Source of the DNA: Syntrophaceae bacterium UBA4767
GTDB taxonomy: Bacteria; Desulfobacterota; Syntrophia; Syntrophales; UBA4767
Assembly (NCBI GenBank): GCA_002403385.1
Contig: DHHR01000064.1
Span: 782 to 64,781 of the forward strand
Direction of reading: 5' to 3'
DNA length: 64,000 nucleotides
The position numbers and the translations under genes are program-made. A model generated the notes under the pieces. That model saw only the letters and a list, made by a program, of their open reading frames with translations, did no database searches and was not told the origin of the DNA. Below are positions 8,307-17,368 of the stretch, one piece after another (position 1 is the stretch's first letter; each line of letters opens with the position of its first letter).

Positions 8307-10052
8307 ATGAGCGTCAAACTGGCCAAAACGGCAGGCTTCTGCATGGGCGTTAAGCGCGCCGTCGATATCGTTCTGGAGATTGCCCAACATAAAGGTAAGG
8401 AAGATATTTACACTTTCGGGCCGCTTATCCATAATCCTCAAACCATTGAACTTCTCAAAAAGCGGGGGATTATTCCCATTGAGGATCTGAAAGACCTTGA
8501 AATGTTGAAGGAAGGAAATACCATTATCTTAAGAACCCACGGTGTATCCCCTGAAGAGAGGACAGAAATCAGCAAGAGAGGCGTCAAGGTTATTGACGCC
8601 ACCTGTCCTAAGGTAGCCCACGTCCAGGCGATTGTTAAAAAACATGCCTCTGCAGGCTACACCATTTTAATTATCGGCGACCGTGAACACCCCGAGGTAA
8701 ATGCCCTTATGGGACACGCATCTGGCAAGGGCATCGTCATCAACCACAAGGATGATGTCACAAGACTTTCAGAACTGGACAAGGTGTGCGTAGTTGCCCA
8801 AACCACCCAAAGTATGGATACCTTTGCAAGAATTGTCCAGGATATAGAATCAAGGTATCCCCATGCCCTCGTTTTCAATACGATTTGCGATTCCACGGAG
8901 AAAAGACAGACCGAGATAAAAGCCATGGCTTCCCATGCGGATGCCATGGTGGTGATCGGCGGCAAAAACAGCGCCAATACCAAACAGCTGGCGCGCCTGT
9001 CAGAGCTTCAGGGTACGCCTACTTTCCACATCGAAACGGCAGAAGAATTAGAAAATATCCATTTAGATTCTTTCATAAAAATCGGTATATCAGCAGGAGC
9101 TTCAACACCCAACTGGATTATTGAAGAAGTGGTGGATCGTATTGCCCGCGACAAGGTCGAAAGAAAAAAAATGATGGAAGCGCCGCTAAAGATATGGTTG
9201 TTTACCGTGAGAAACGATATTTACCTGTCCATTGGCGCAGGATGTTTATCTTTTGCCGGCATGCTTTTACAAGGGCTGCCGGTAAATATCGCCGTCATGT
9301 TCATCAGTTCCCTCTATGTTTATGCCATGCACACCTTAAATCGCTCTATAAATATCAAACGCACAGGGCTTATCGGCTCATGCAGGCACAATTTGTACCG
9401 GAAATATGAGAAGCTTTATATTGCGGCGGGAATGCTGGCCATGTTTATCGCTTTGGGGTGCTCATTTATGGTGGGCCCGGCGTCCTTTGGTCTGCTTCTT
9501 GTGCTTTCTCTTGCCGGGGGTTTTTACAACGCGAAATTTTTGCCTCAGCGGTTTTATTATAAGAGTTTAAAAGATATTCCCGGCTCAAAAAATGTCTCCA
9601 TGGCGCTGGCTTGGGCAACAATCGCCGCTATTTTGCCTCAGACGATTGAGAGCCCATCCGTCGGTACTGCTACGATGGTGGCGTTTCTATTTAGTTTTTC
9701 CACCGTTTTTATCTGTTCATCCATGTTTGACATACTGAACATCCAAAAGGATCGCCTAATTGGAAAGGAAACAATTCCGGTTCTTATCGGGGAAAAAAAC
9801 ACTCGGCCTGTATTGAAAATAACCTCCCTGTTTTTGCTGATTATCCTTGTATTATCCTATCCCTTAGGATGGACTCCTTCCTTAAATTTCGCTCTACTGA
9901 CGTGCATTTTTTATATGTGGATTTGTTTCAGATTTTGTGATAGGCATTCAACGCTTTCCGGTCCCGTTTTGGGCGGTCTGCTTGAAACAAGTTACATTAT
10001 TGTCGGCGCGAGTGCGTTCATCTGGCTTATGTTTACGAAAAATACGGCCTAA
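8307..10052 (+). CDS. ispH: IspH (HMBPP reductase) fused to a C-terminal polytopic UbiA-like membrane domain
   Basis: Residues 1 to about 285 carry the three IspH cluster cysteines ('GFCMGV', 'ATCPKV', 'NTICDST'). Residues from about 295 to 581 are multi-TM and contain 'FDILNIQKDRLIGKETIPVLIGEK', which resembles the second UbiA motif. There is no stop between the two domains. Confidence 0.85.
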   Translation: MSVKLAKTAGFCMGVKRAVDIVLEIAQHKGKEDIYTFGPLIHNPQTIELLKKRGIIPIEDLKDLEMLKEGNTIILRTHGVSPEERTEISKRGVKVIDATCPKVAHVQAIVKKHASAGYTILIIGDREHPEVNALMGHASGKGIVINHKDDVTRLSELDKVCVVAQTTQSMDTFARIVQDIESRYPHALVFNTICDSTEKRQTEIKAMASHADAMVVIGGKNSANTKQLARLSELQGTPTFHIETAEELENIHLDSFIKIGISAGASTPNWIIEEVVDRIARDKVERKKMMEAPLKIWLFTVRNDIYLSIGAGCLSFAGMLLQGLPVNIAVMFISSLYVYAMHTLNRSINIKRTGLIGSCRHNLYRKYEKLYIAAGMLAMFIALGCSFMVGPASFGLLLVLSLAGGFYNAKFLPQRFYYKSLKDIPGSKNVSMALAWATIAAILPQTIESPSVGTATMVAFLFSFSTVFICSSMFDILNIQKDRLIGKETIPVLIGEKNTRPVLKITSLFLLIILVLSYPLGWTPSLNFALLTCIFYMWICFRFCDRHSTLSGPVLGGLLETSYIIVGASAFIWLMFTKNTA

Positions 10053-10075
10053 GATGGTGTTTGTAGAGTTTTTTG

Positions 10076-10660
10076 ATGATTAAAATATCACGTGTTTTGG
10101 GTTGCTTGTTCCTTATAATGACCTTTACTGCTTGCTCAGAGCTTCGTTTTTCAAAAGTCACCCCAGGGGCAGAAAATTTCCACCCTCAGAGAGTAGGAAT
10201 AGTCCAGGTAGATACCGGACATTATGAAGAGGCGGAAGGCAAGGTCGAGCAGCTTATCGCTGAAGTTTTGCTTAAAAAAAAATGGTTTACAGGTATCGTA
10301 ACCGCTGCTTCATACAAAAAGCTTTCATCAAGCGGAGAGTTTGAGAAGTATGCTGCTGATTATTTTACAAAACTCAAAACGGTAAATTATTCCGATCCCG
10401 ATCTAAGCAGGAAAATCGGTGAATTGTGGAATGTGGAGGGTTTGTTGCTCGTCACGGTGGAATATTGGAATTATACACAGGAAAATGGCGAACAAGTTGC
10501 AAAAGTCAGCTTGGGCATGAAAATGATAGAAACCCGAACAGGAAATATTGTTTGGCAAGCTGCGCATCACATAGTGAAAAATTATACCTTTTTAAAACCT
10601 GCCCTTGATGATGTAGCAAAAAAGGTTGCAAAAGAAATGCTGAGAGATATGCCTCATTGA
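10076..10660 (+). CDS. Putative lipoprotein, function unknown
   Basis: Signal peptide with lipobox 'IMTFTAC'. ATG 10076 is preferred over TTG 10073. Confidence 0.6.
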   Translation: MIKISRVLGCLFLIMTFTACSELRFSKVTPGAENFHPQRVGIVQVDTGHYEEAEGKVEQLIAEVLLKKKWFTGIVTAASYKKLSSSGEFEKYAADYFTKLKTVNYSDPDLSRKIGELWNVEGLLLVTVEYWNYTQENGEQVAKVSLGMKMIETRTGNIVWQAAHHIVKNYTFLKPALDDVAKKVAKEMLRDMPH

Positions 10661-10789
10661 AGGCTTTGGCTTTAACGCGGACGGATGAATCCCTTGCCGT
10701 CGCAGGAAACAGTAGTCGTATCTCTCTGTGTGCCGCATAGCTGGGAAGGTTATTTGAATATGTAAATATGATATTGGGGAGGAGATTAT

Positions 10790-11029
10790 ATGAAAAAAGA
10801 AACCATACAGAAAGAAAAGGTACAGAAAACAATTGATAGAATCAAACCAAACCTTCAGGCCGACGGAGGGGATATTGAGCTTGTTGAGGTAACGAAAGAC
10901 GGCGTTGTCAAAATCAAATTGTTGGGTGCATGCCGCGGCTGCCCCATGTCCCAAATGACTTTAAAGATGGGTGTCGAAAAGTTCCTTAAAAAGGAAATTC
11001 CGGAAATTCAAGAAGTTGTTTCCGTTTAA
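10790..11029 (+). CDS. NifU/Nfu-type Fe-S cluster scaffold domain protein
   Basis: 79 aa with 'GGDIELVEVTKDGVVKIKLLGACRGCPMS' (CxxC). GGAGGAG Shine-Dalgarno upstream. Confidence 0.8.
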   Translation: MKKETIQKEKVQKTIDRIKPNLQADGGDIELVEVTKDGVVKIKLLGACRGCPMSQMTLKMGVEKFLKKEIPEIQEVVSV

Positions 11030-11071
11030 CAAGAAAAATACATCAAGAATTAAAACGAAGGAGAAAAAAAT

Positions 11072-11245
11072 ATGGCGCATGTAATCACCGACGAATGTAT
11101 CGCATGCGGTTCCTGCGAAAGTGAATGTCCGGTAGAGGCTATCTCGGAAGGAGAAGATAAGTATCTCATCGATGTGGAGTTGTGCACCGATTGTGGCGCT
11201 TGTGTGGACGTTTGTCCCGTGGAGGCCATCAAACCGGGCGCTTGA
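11072..11245 (+). CDS. 2x[4Fe-4S] ferredoxin (57 aa, below the ORF-track size cutoff)
   Basis: MAHVITDECIACGSCESECPVEAISEGEDKYLIDVELCTDCGACVDVCPVEAIKPGA* has two CxxCxxCxxxCP motifs. A GAAGGAG Shine-Dalgarno lies at 11057-11063. Confidence 0.85.
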   Translation: MAHVITDECIACGSCESECPVEAISEGEDKYLIDVELCTDCGACVDVCPVEAIKPGA

Positions 11246-11331
11246 AAAGAATGCCCCCCCATCTCCTTTCCTGCCTGCCAGCCGGGCAGGACGGCCGAGC
11301 TACAGCCTCAAAATCAAACAGGATCCATGTT

Positions 11332-11973
11332 ATGGGGAAATTCATTACTTTTGAAGGCATAGAAGGTAGTGGAAAGACCACGCAGATAAGGGCGATGGGG
11401 GATTTTCTAAGGCGCCGACACATTTCTTTCCTCGTGACGGAAGAGCCGGGCGGCACGCCTTTAGGCAGGAAAATAAGAAAAATCCTCCTTAACAGGGGAA
11501 CTTTTGAGTTAAGCGACAAAGCCGAACTGCTTCTTTTTTCCGCTGCAAGGGCACAACATGTCAAAGATATCATTGTTCCAGCCTTAAAAGAAGGTAAAGT
11601 TATCTTGTGTGACCGTTTTTCCGATGCGACCATAGCATATCAGGGCTTCGGTCGGGGATTCTCTTTGGATTTTATTCGATTACTCAATGAATTCTCCACA
11701 AACGGAATTAGGCCAGATCTTACTATTGTTCTTGATCTTCCTGTGAAAATCGGCGTGAAAAGAGCAATGGAAAGAATTTTCCAAAAGAAAGAAGAAGAGC
11801 CGGAAGACCGCTTTGAAAGAGAACACCTTTCTTTTCATGAGAAGATCAGAAAGGGATATTTGTCTTTGGCAAAACATGCTCCCGAGAGATTCCGGATCAT
11901 CGACGCACTAAAAGACATCGAGACGGTTCAAAAAGAGGTGCAGTTCCATGTTATGGAATTTATAAAGGGATAA
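11332..11973 (+). CDS. tmk: Thymidylate kinase
   Basis: P-loop 'FITFEGIEGSGKTTQ'. The start is placed at ATG 11332 because the tracked 5' extension (from 11182) overlaps the ferredoxin gene. Confidence 0.9.
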   Translation: MGKFITFEGIEGSGKTTQIRAMGDFLRRRHISFLVTEEPGGTPLGRKIRKILLNRGTFELSDKAELLLFSAARAQHVKDIIVPALKEGKVILCDRFSDATIAYQGFGRGFSLDFIRLLNEFSTNGIRPDLTIVLDLPVKIGVKRAMERIFQKKEEEPEDRFEREHLSFHEKIRKGYLSLAKHAPERFRIIDALKDIETVQKEVQFHVMEFIKG

Positions 11974-11977
11974 CTAT

Positions 11978-12958
11978 ATGTCCTTCAAGGAAATTTACGG
12001 TCATAAAAAACAAATTGGTATTTTACAAAAGGCCATAGGCACAAATAGAATACCCCATGCCTATCTTTTTTATGGCATGTCAGGAATAGGCAAAAGAACC
12101 ATTGCCGTTAATTTTGCCAAGGCCATTAACTGTGAGGGAGGCATTGACAATCTTGATGCCTGCGATATCTGCGCGTCATGCCGGAAAATGGATCATCAAA
12201 ACCATCCGGATACAGTAATCATAGAGCCGGAAGGACAATTTATCCGTCTTGACGCCATCCGGCAAATACAGAATCAAATGTGGTTCAGGCCAATGGAAGG
12301 CAAGAAAAAAATTTTTATTATGATTGATGCGGACAAAATGAACAGCCCCTCCGCCAATGCTCTATTGAAAACCCTCGAAGAACCATCCATATCCAGTATG
12401 TTCATATTGATAACATCCCGATATCATTTACTTCCCATGACTATTATTTCCAGGTGTCAACCTCTCAACTTCAATCCGGTACCGCAAGAAATGGTTGCTT
12501 CTTTTTTGCAGAACCGCTTATCGCTCGATGCACATACTGCCCATTTTCTAGCGTCATCGTCTGGGGGGAGCATCGGAAAAGCCATCACCATGAATGATGA
12601 TAATTACCTTGCCCAGCGTGATAAAATTTTCGACGGGCTCTCCGATAGCCAACTCCATGATCCCCTGAAAGCTCTTGCTTTCATACCCGTTTTAGGCCAG
12701 GACAAAAGCGAAATCATGGATAGACTTGAAATGATGAAAAGCTGTTTTCGGGACGCTTTGGTTTACAGAGAAACCGCCGATACCGCGCTTTTAATCCACC
12801 AAGATCGCATGGATACCATACGGTCTGTTGCCGACAGGCTCTCTGGCGACTGTCTCTTGCACAATATCAAGGCATTGAACTGCGCGTTAGATTTCATCGA
12901 ACTCAATGCCAATAAAGCGTTGACTTTAGAGGTAATGATGTTTAGACTTAATTTTTAA
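11978..12958 (+). CDS. holB: DNA polymerase III delta' subunit
   Basis: 'GMSGIGKRT', a zinc module 'CDICASCRKMDHQNHPD' and 'LKTLEEP'. It follows tmk, as in many bacteria. Confidence 0.85.
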   Translation: MSFKEIYGHKKQIGILQKAIGTNRIPHAYLFYGMSGIGKRTIAVNFAKAINCEGGIDNLDACDICASCRKMDHQNHPDTVIIEPEGQFIRLDAIRQIQNQMWFRPMEGKKKIFIMIDADKMNSPSANALLKTLEEPSISSMFILITSRYHLLPMTIISRCQPLNFNPVPQEMVASFLQNRLSLDAHTAHFLASSSGGSIGKAITMNDDNYLAQRDKIFDGLSDSQLHDPLKALAFIPVLGQDKSEIMDRLEMMKSCFRDALVYRETADTALLIHQDRMDTIRSVADRLSGDCLLHNIKALNCALDFIELNANKALTLEVMMFRLNF

Positions 12959-13025
12959 CGGATGTGTAAGAAGTAAGATGTTTTACGTTTTACGCTCAAA
13001 GGGCAAAGGTTCATAAATTTCGCTT

Positions 13026-13841
13026 ATGTATGTTACGGGAATTCCCAATTTATACAGAAACATCATTGGAGTAAAATTCAGGGAAGAGGGCAAAGTTTAC
13101 CATCTCAATGCCCTGTATCTTTCCATAAAGAAGAACGATCAGGTTATTGTGAACACCGACAACGGGATGGCTATCGGCACTGCGGTAACAGAGATCAAAT
13201 CCGTTCCACTTTATAAACTGCCCATCGGTTTGAAGCCTGTTACCCGCTTAGCTACAGAAGAGGACTTGAAGGCCCAAAAAAACAACGTAATCCTTGAAAA
13301 AGAGGCCTTCCAGTTTTGCAGAGAGCGCATCAAGGCTAGAGAGCTTCCCATGAAGCTGGTAGATGTAAATTGCTATTTTGACCGGAGTCGGATTGTATTT
13401 TACTTCACTGCGGACAACCGGGTGGATTTCCGGGAACTGGTCAAGGATCTGGTGCAAAAATTTAAAACAAGAATCGAATTAAGACAAATTGATGCTCGGC
13501 AAGAAGCTCGTATAATCAAAGGGATAGCCGTGTGCGGCCGCGAAGTGTGCTGCGCTAATATGCTGCCCTACATCGAGAGAGTTTCCGTGAAAATGGCGAA
13601 ACAACAAAGCATTGCCTTAAATCCGGAGAGAATTTCCGGCCTTTGTGGAAGGCTGATGTGCTGCCTGGCTTTCGAATTTGACAGCTACGTGGACATGAAA
13701 AAAGATATGCCGAAATGTGGAAAACGCATACAGACACAAGAAGGGCACGCCAAGGTCATCCGTCAAAATGCCCTCAAGGGGGAGATAGCTGTTGAATTGG
13801 AAGATGGAAAAGAAATTTCCATTAATATCAAAGATTTATAG
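13026..13841 (+). CDS. PSP1 domain protein (RicT/YaaT-like)
   Basis: Cys-rich 'CGREVCCANMLP...GLCGRLMCCLAFE'. The tmk-holB-PSP1-metG context is conserved. Confidence 0.8.
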   Translation: MYVTGIPNLYRNIIGVKFREEGKVYHLNALYLSIKKNDQVIVNTDNGMAIGTAVTEIKSVPLYKLPIGLKPVTRLATEEDLKAQKNNVILEKEAFQFCRERIKARELPMKLVDVNCYFDRSRIVFYFTADNRVDFRELVKDLVQKFKTRIELRQIDARQEARIIKGIAVCGREVCCANMLPYIERVSVKMAKQQSIALNPERISGLCGRLMCCLAFEFDSYVDMKKDMPKCGKRIQTQEGHAKVIRQNALKGEIAVELEDGKEISINIKDL

Positions 13842-13853
13842 GACAACTTCCCT

Positions 13854-15776
13854 ATGCCAAAGGCGTTTTACATTACCACACCGATTTATTATGTCAACGC
13901 GTCTCCCCACATTGGCCATGCCTATACAACAATCGTGGCCGATGTGCTGGCCAGATACCACCGATTATTAGGATACCACACCTTTTTCTTAACCGGCACA
14001 GACGAGCACGGGGATAAAATAGCCGAGGCAGCCAAAAAAGCCCATGTAACGCCACAGGAATACGCGGACAAGGTAAGCTCTCAGTTCAGGCGCCTATGGC
14101 TGGAGTTGAGCATCACCAACGATTACTTCATCCGGACGACAGACGTCAATCATATCAAAACGGTTCAAAACATTTTGGACAAGGTTTATGCCGCCGGAGA
14201 CATTTATTTTGGATACTATGAAGGCTTTTACTGTGTTGGATGTGAGCGGTTCTATATGGAAAAAGAACTCGTGAACGGCCTTTGTCCCGACCATCAAACC
14301 GCGCCGGAACATCGCAAGGAAAGCAATTATTTCTTCCGGATGAGTAAATATCAGGACTGGCTCATCGGGCATATTAAGAATCATCCTGAATTTATTCGGC
14401 CGGAGCGTTATAGAAACGAGGTTTTGGCATTTCTGAGGGAACCCCTTGAAGATCTATGTATCTCACGCCCTAAAAACAGACTTACGTGGGGGATCACACT
14501 TCCCTTTGATGGAAACTATGTGACATATGTATGGTTCGATGCGCTCATCAATTATATTACTGCCCTGGGATATCCCGACAGCGATCGTTTCCATACATTC
14601 TGGCCTGTCGTCCAACATCTTATCGCCAAGGATATCCTGAAACCCCATGGGATATATTGGCCCACGATGCTCAAAGCCGCCGGCATTGAACCCTATCAGC
14701 ATCTAAATGTTCATGGCTATTGGAATGTTGATCAGAGTAAAATGTCCAAAAGTCTAGGAAATGTTGTTAAACCGTTGGAACTGAAAGATAAATATGGGCT
14801 GGATGCCTTCCGATACTTTCTGCTGCGCGATATGGTTTTCGGCCTGGACTCTAATTTCAGCGAAGATGCTTTCGTCCAGCGGATCAACTCCGATTTAGCC
14901 AACGATATAGGCAACCTGGTCAGCAGGACGATAGCAATGGCCATAAAATACTGTAATGGCCGGGTGCCGCAAGCGACAGCGCCTTGCGCCGATGAGGATC
15001 GTCCTCTTTTTGAATCCGCTCAGAAGGCCATTCGTGAGGTAAGAAGCTGTTTTGCCGAGTTGTCGTTTCATAAAGCCCTGATAGCCATATGGGAGCTTAT
15101 CAATCTTTCGAACAAGTACATCGTGGAAAGACAACCATGGAATCTGGCAAAGGAACCAACCAATAAAAACCGGTTGGATACTGTAATCTACAATCTGCTG
15201 GAATCGCTAAGGATTATTTCCATTCTCATTTCGCCTTTTATGCCTACAACTGCCCCAAAAATATTGGCCCAGCTCGGCATTGAAGACAGCAACTCGCAAA
15301 ACTTCGAGACGATTAAGGAATGGGGAGGAATGCCTGCCGGCAATGTTGTCACCCGAGGCGAGGCGCTCTTTCCCCGCATCGAACTGCAAAAAGAAGAAGC
15401 CGTCGAACCGGAAGGAAAAGGAAACCAAAGACAGAAAGAGTTGACGCCTATGAAGCCCGAAATTGACTATGAAGATTTTGAAAAGATTGATCTTAGAGCC
15501 GCTCGCGTTATCGAAGCGGAAGCCGTGCCTAAATCGCATAAACTGCTGAAGCTAAAAATTGATCTGGGCGAGGAAAGAACAATTGTGGCGGGGATTGCCC
15601 AGCACTACAAGCCGGAAGATATCGTTGGCAAGAATATCGTTGTGGTAGCAAACCTTAAACCGACTAAACTGATGGGGGTCGAGTCGCGTGGCATGCTTTT
15701 GGCCAGTGATTCTGACCAAGGATTGACTCTTCTGAGTTTCGATCGCCCCCCCCGTATCGGGGCAAAGATACGTTAG
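13854..15776 (+). CDS. metG: Methionine--tRNA ligase with C-terminal tRNA-binding domain
   Basis: HIGH ('SPHIGHAYT'), 'KMSKS', a zinc knuckle 'CVGCERF...CPDH' and a C-terminal EMAP/Trbp111-like domain. Confidence 0.95.
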   Translation: MPKAFYITTPIYYVNASPHIGHAYTTIVADVLARYHRLLGYHTFFLTGTDEHGDKIAEAAKKAHVTPQEYADKVSSQFRRLWLELSITNDYFIRTTDVNHIKTVQNILDKVYAAGDIYFGYYEGFYCVGCERFYMEKELVNGLCPDHQTAPEHRKESNYFFRMSKYQDWLIGHIKNHPEFIRPERYRNEVLAFLREPLEDLCISRPKNRLTWGITLPFDGNYVTYVWFDALINYITALGYPDSDRFHTFWPVVQHLIAKDILKPHGIYWPTMLKAAGIEPYQHLNVHGYWNVDQSKMSKSLGNVVKPLELKDKYGLDAFRYFLLRDMVFGLDSNFSEDAFVQRINSDLANDIGNLVSRTIAMAIKYCNGRVPQATAPCADEDRPLFESAQKAIREVRSCFAELSFHKALIAIWELINLSNKYIVERQPWNLAKEPTNKNRLDTVIYNLLESLRIISILISPFMPTTAPKILAQLGIEDSNSQNFETIKEWGGMPAGNVVTRGEALFPRIELQKEEAVEPEGKGNQRQKELTPMKPEIDYEDFEKIDLRAARVIEAEAVPKSHKLLKLKIDLGEERTIVAGIAQHYKPEDIVGKNIVVVANLKPTKLMGVESRGMLLASDSDQGLTLLSFDRPPRIGAKIR

Positions 15777-15790
15777 AGGTTTTTGTTGAT

Positions 15791-16684
15791 ATGCATATTC
15801 CAGAACAATTGGTAATAAGGCCGCCCAGCGAGGCAAACAGTTTGCTGGTAAGAGTTGTCCGCGGTTGCAATTGGAACAGGTGCCTGTTCTGCGGCATCTA
15901 CGACTTTTATGAGACGCCATATTCCATTCGAGAGGTCGAGGACGTCAAGAAAGACATTGATGCCTTAGCCGAAATGTACGGTGACCAGTTCGAAACGGCT
16001 TTCCTGGGAGACGCCAATCCCCTGGATTTGGATACGGATTTCCTGGTTGAGGTTTTGGAACATCTTCACAATCAATTCCCTTCCGTGCAGCGCGTCACCG
16101 CTTACGCCCGTTCCTCCAGTTTATGGAAAAAGAGCCTTGAGGATCTGAAAAGGATACGCGAAGCAGGACTGCACCGGCTGCACGTGGGCATGGAAAGCGG
16201 TTCCAATAAAGTGCTCGCTCTCCACAAGAAAGGCACCAATCAGGATCAGCATATTGCCTCAGGGAAAAGGGTTATGGAAGCCGGCTTTGAGCTGAGTTAC
16301 TATTTGCTGCTTGGTTTGGGCGGCGTAAGGTTGTGGGAGGAACATGTTCATGATTCCGCGAAAGTGATCAGCGAAGTAAAGCCGCATTTCCTCAGGGTCC
16401 GCAGGTTGTGGATTCATCCCCTATCTCGGCTGAATCCCAAGATAGAAGCCTCCGAGTTCGAACCCCAGAAGCCGGAAGGCACTGTCATTGAACTGAGGGA
16501 TTTCCTCAATGCCCTTGAGGCGGAAGGCACTGTTTTTACCTGTGACCATGTCAACAACTATATCCGTATCCAGGGAAAACTTATGCAAGATAAACAGGCG
16601 CTGCTTGATTACATCAATAAATTTCTAGCCCTTCCAGATAAAGTAAAAGCAAGCCACTACGAAAGCATCCCGTCAGTCATCTGA
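15791..16684 (+). CDS. Radical SAM domain protein with a CX4CX2C cluster motif
   Basis: 'RGCNWNRCLFCGIY' lies near the N-terminus. 'HVGMESGS' resembles the radical SAM core. Confidence 0.75.
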   Translation: MHIPEQLVIRPPSEANSLLVRVVRGCNWNRCLFCGIYDFYETPYSIREVEDVKKDIDALAEMYGDQFETAFLGDANPLDLDTDFLVEVLEHLHNQFPSVQRVTAYARSSSLWKKSLEDLKRIREAGLHRLHVGMESGSNKVLALHKKGTNQDQHIASGKRVMEAGFELSYYLLLGLGGVRLWEEHVHDSAKVISEVKPHFLRVRRLWIHPLSRLNPKIEASEFEPQKPEGTVIELRDFLNALEAEGTVFTCDHVNNYIRIQGKLMQDKQALLDYINKFLALPDKVKASHYESIPSVI

Positions 16685-16702
16685 TTCCGTTTTATTTTTT
16701 AG

Positions 16703-16909
16703 TCAAGATTTTTGCAACTCTGCATGGCGGGTCGTATAGATTTTCATCCCTGATAAAAGTTCACCTTCCAAGCCGAGTTCATTTCCCCATTCGTCAAGAA
16801 CGTCGGCAGGAAAGGGAGTTTCCCCGGAGGCCCTTGCATTGATCAGGGCATGCTTAACCTTCATTCCCGGGAGAACATCCAACGGTTTATCATCCACAAA
16901 AATTTTCAT
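16703..16909 (-). CDS. Small hypothetical protein (68 aa, Cys-free, possibly beta-grasp-like)
   Basis: Its ATG overlaps the upstream stop in ATGA (16906-16909), suggesting translational coupling. No recognisable motif. Confidence 0.45.
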   Translation of the reverse strand: MKIFVDDKPLDVLPGMKVKHALINARASGETPFPADVLDEWGNELGLEGELLSGMKIYTTRHAELQKS

Positions 16910-17337
16910 GGATGAAGCTCCACAATTCTTCCTTCCACTACCGGTGCGATGGATTCTTGACCACTTAGATGCTCGACAACCACATCCCTTATCCAGCGGC
17001 CGGCATCATTGTAAACAATGGCCCCGCTATGCACGGTTCCGCCTACAGATGTAAAGTCCCCGTCTGCCCGGATCGCTTCACCAAAGGCCTGATACCCATC
17101 ACCGCCGGCAGCCAGAAAATCGTTGGTCGCCACCACATAGTATCCTTCGGGATCAATCACTTTACCGGCAATCAGGACTTCTCTTATCCTGTTTCCAGCA
17201 GACTTCCCCAGCTCATATTTAAAGATAATCCCAGATACCTGAGGAAAGGCGCCTCCCCTTATCTCCAGGGTGGATATACCATGTTCCAATGAAGTTTCGA
17301 TACAAAAAAATTTATGATAGCACAAAGTTCCATACAC
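16906..17337 (-). CDS. Stand-alone 5'-nucleotidase C-terminal (substrate-binding) domain fragment
   Basis: 'GGAFPQVSGIIFKYELGK...VVATNDFLAAGGDGYQAF...RDVVVEHL' matches only the last 120 or so residues of UshA/5'-NT-type enzymes. The metallophosphatase half is absent. Confidence 0.65.
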   Translation of the reverse strand: MYGTLCYHKFFCIETSLEHGISTLEIRGGAFPQVSGIIFKYELGKSAGNRIREVLIAGKVIDPEGYYVVATNDFLAAGGDGYQAFGEAIRADGDFTSVGGTVHSGAIVYNDAGRWIRDVVVEHLSGQESIAPVVEGRIVELHP

Positions 17338-17368
17338 GTTCCTTCGATTTACAGATAGCCGCTGTGAA

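Noticed and set aside
11182-11331. A 50-codon N-terminal extension of tmk in the ORF track.
   Set aside because: The extension overlaps the 57-aa ferredoxin gene out of frame and is Arg/Pro/Gly-rich. The conserved P-loop N-terminus starts at ATG 11332.
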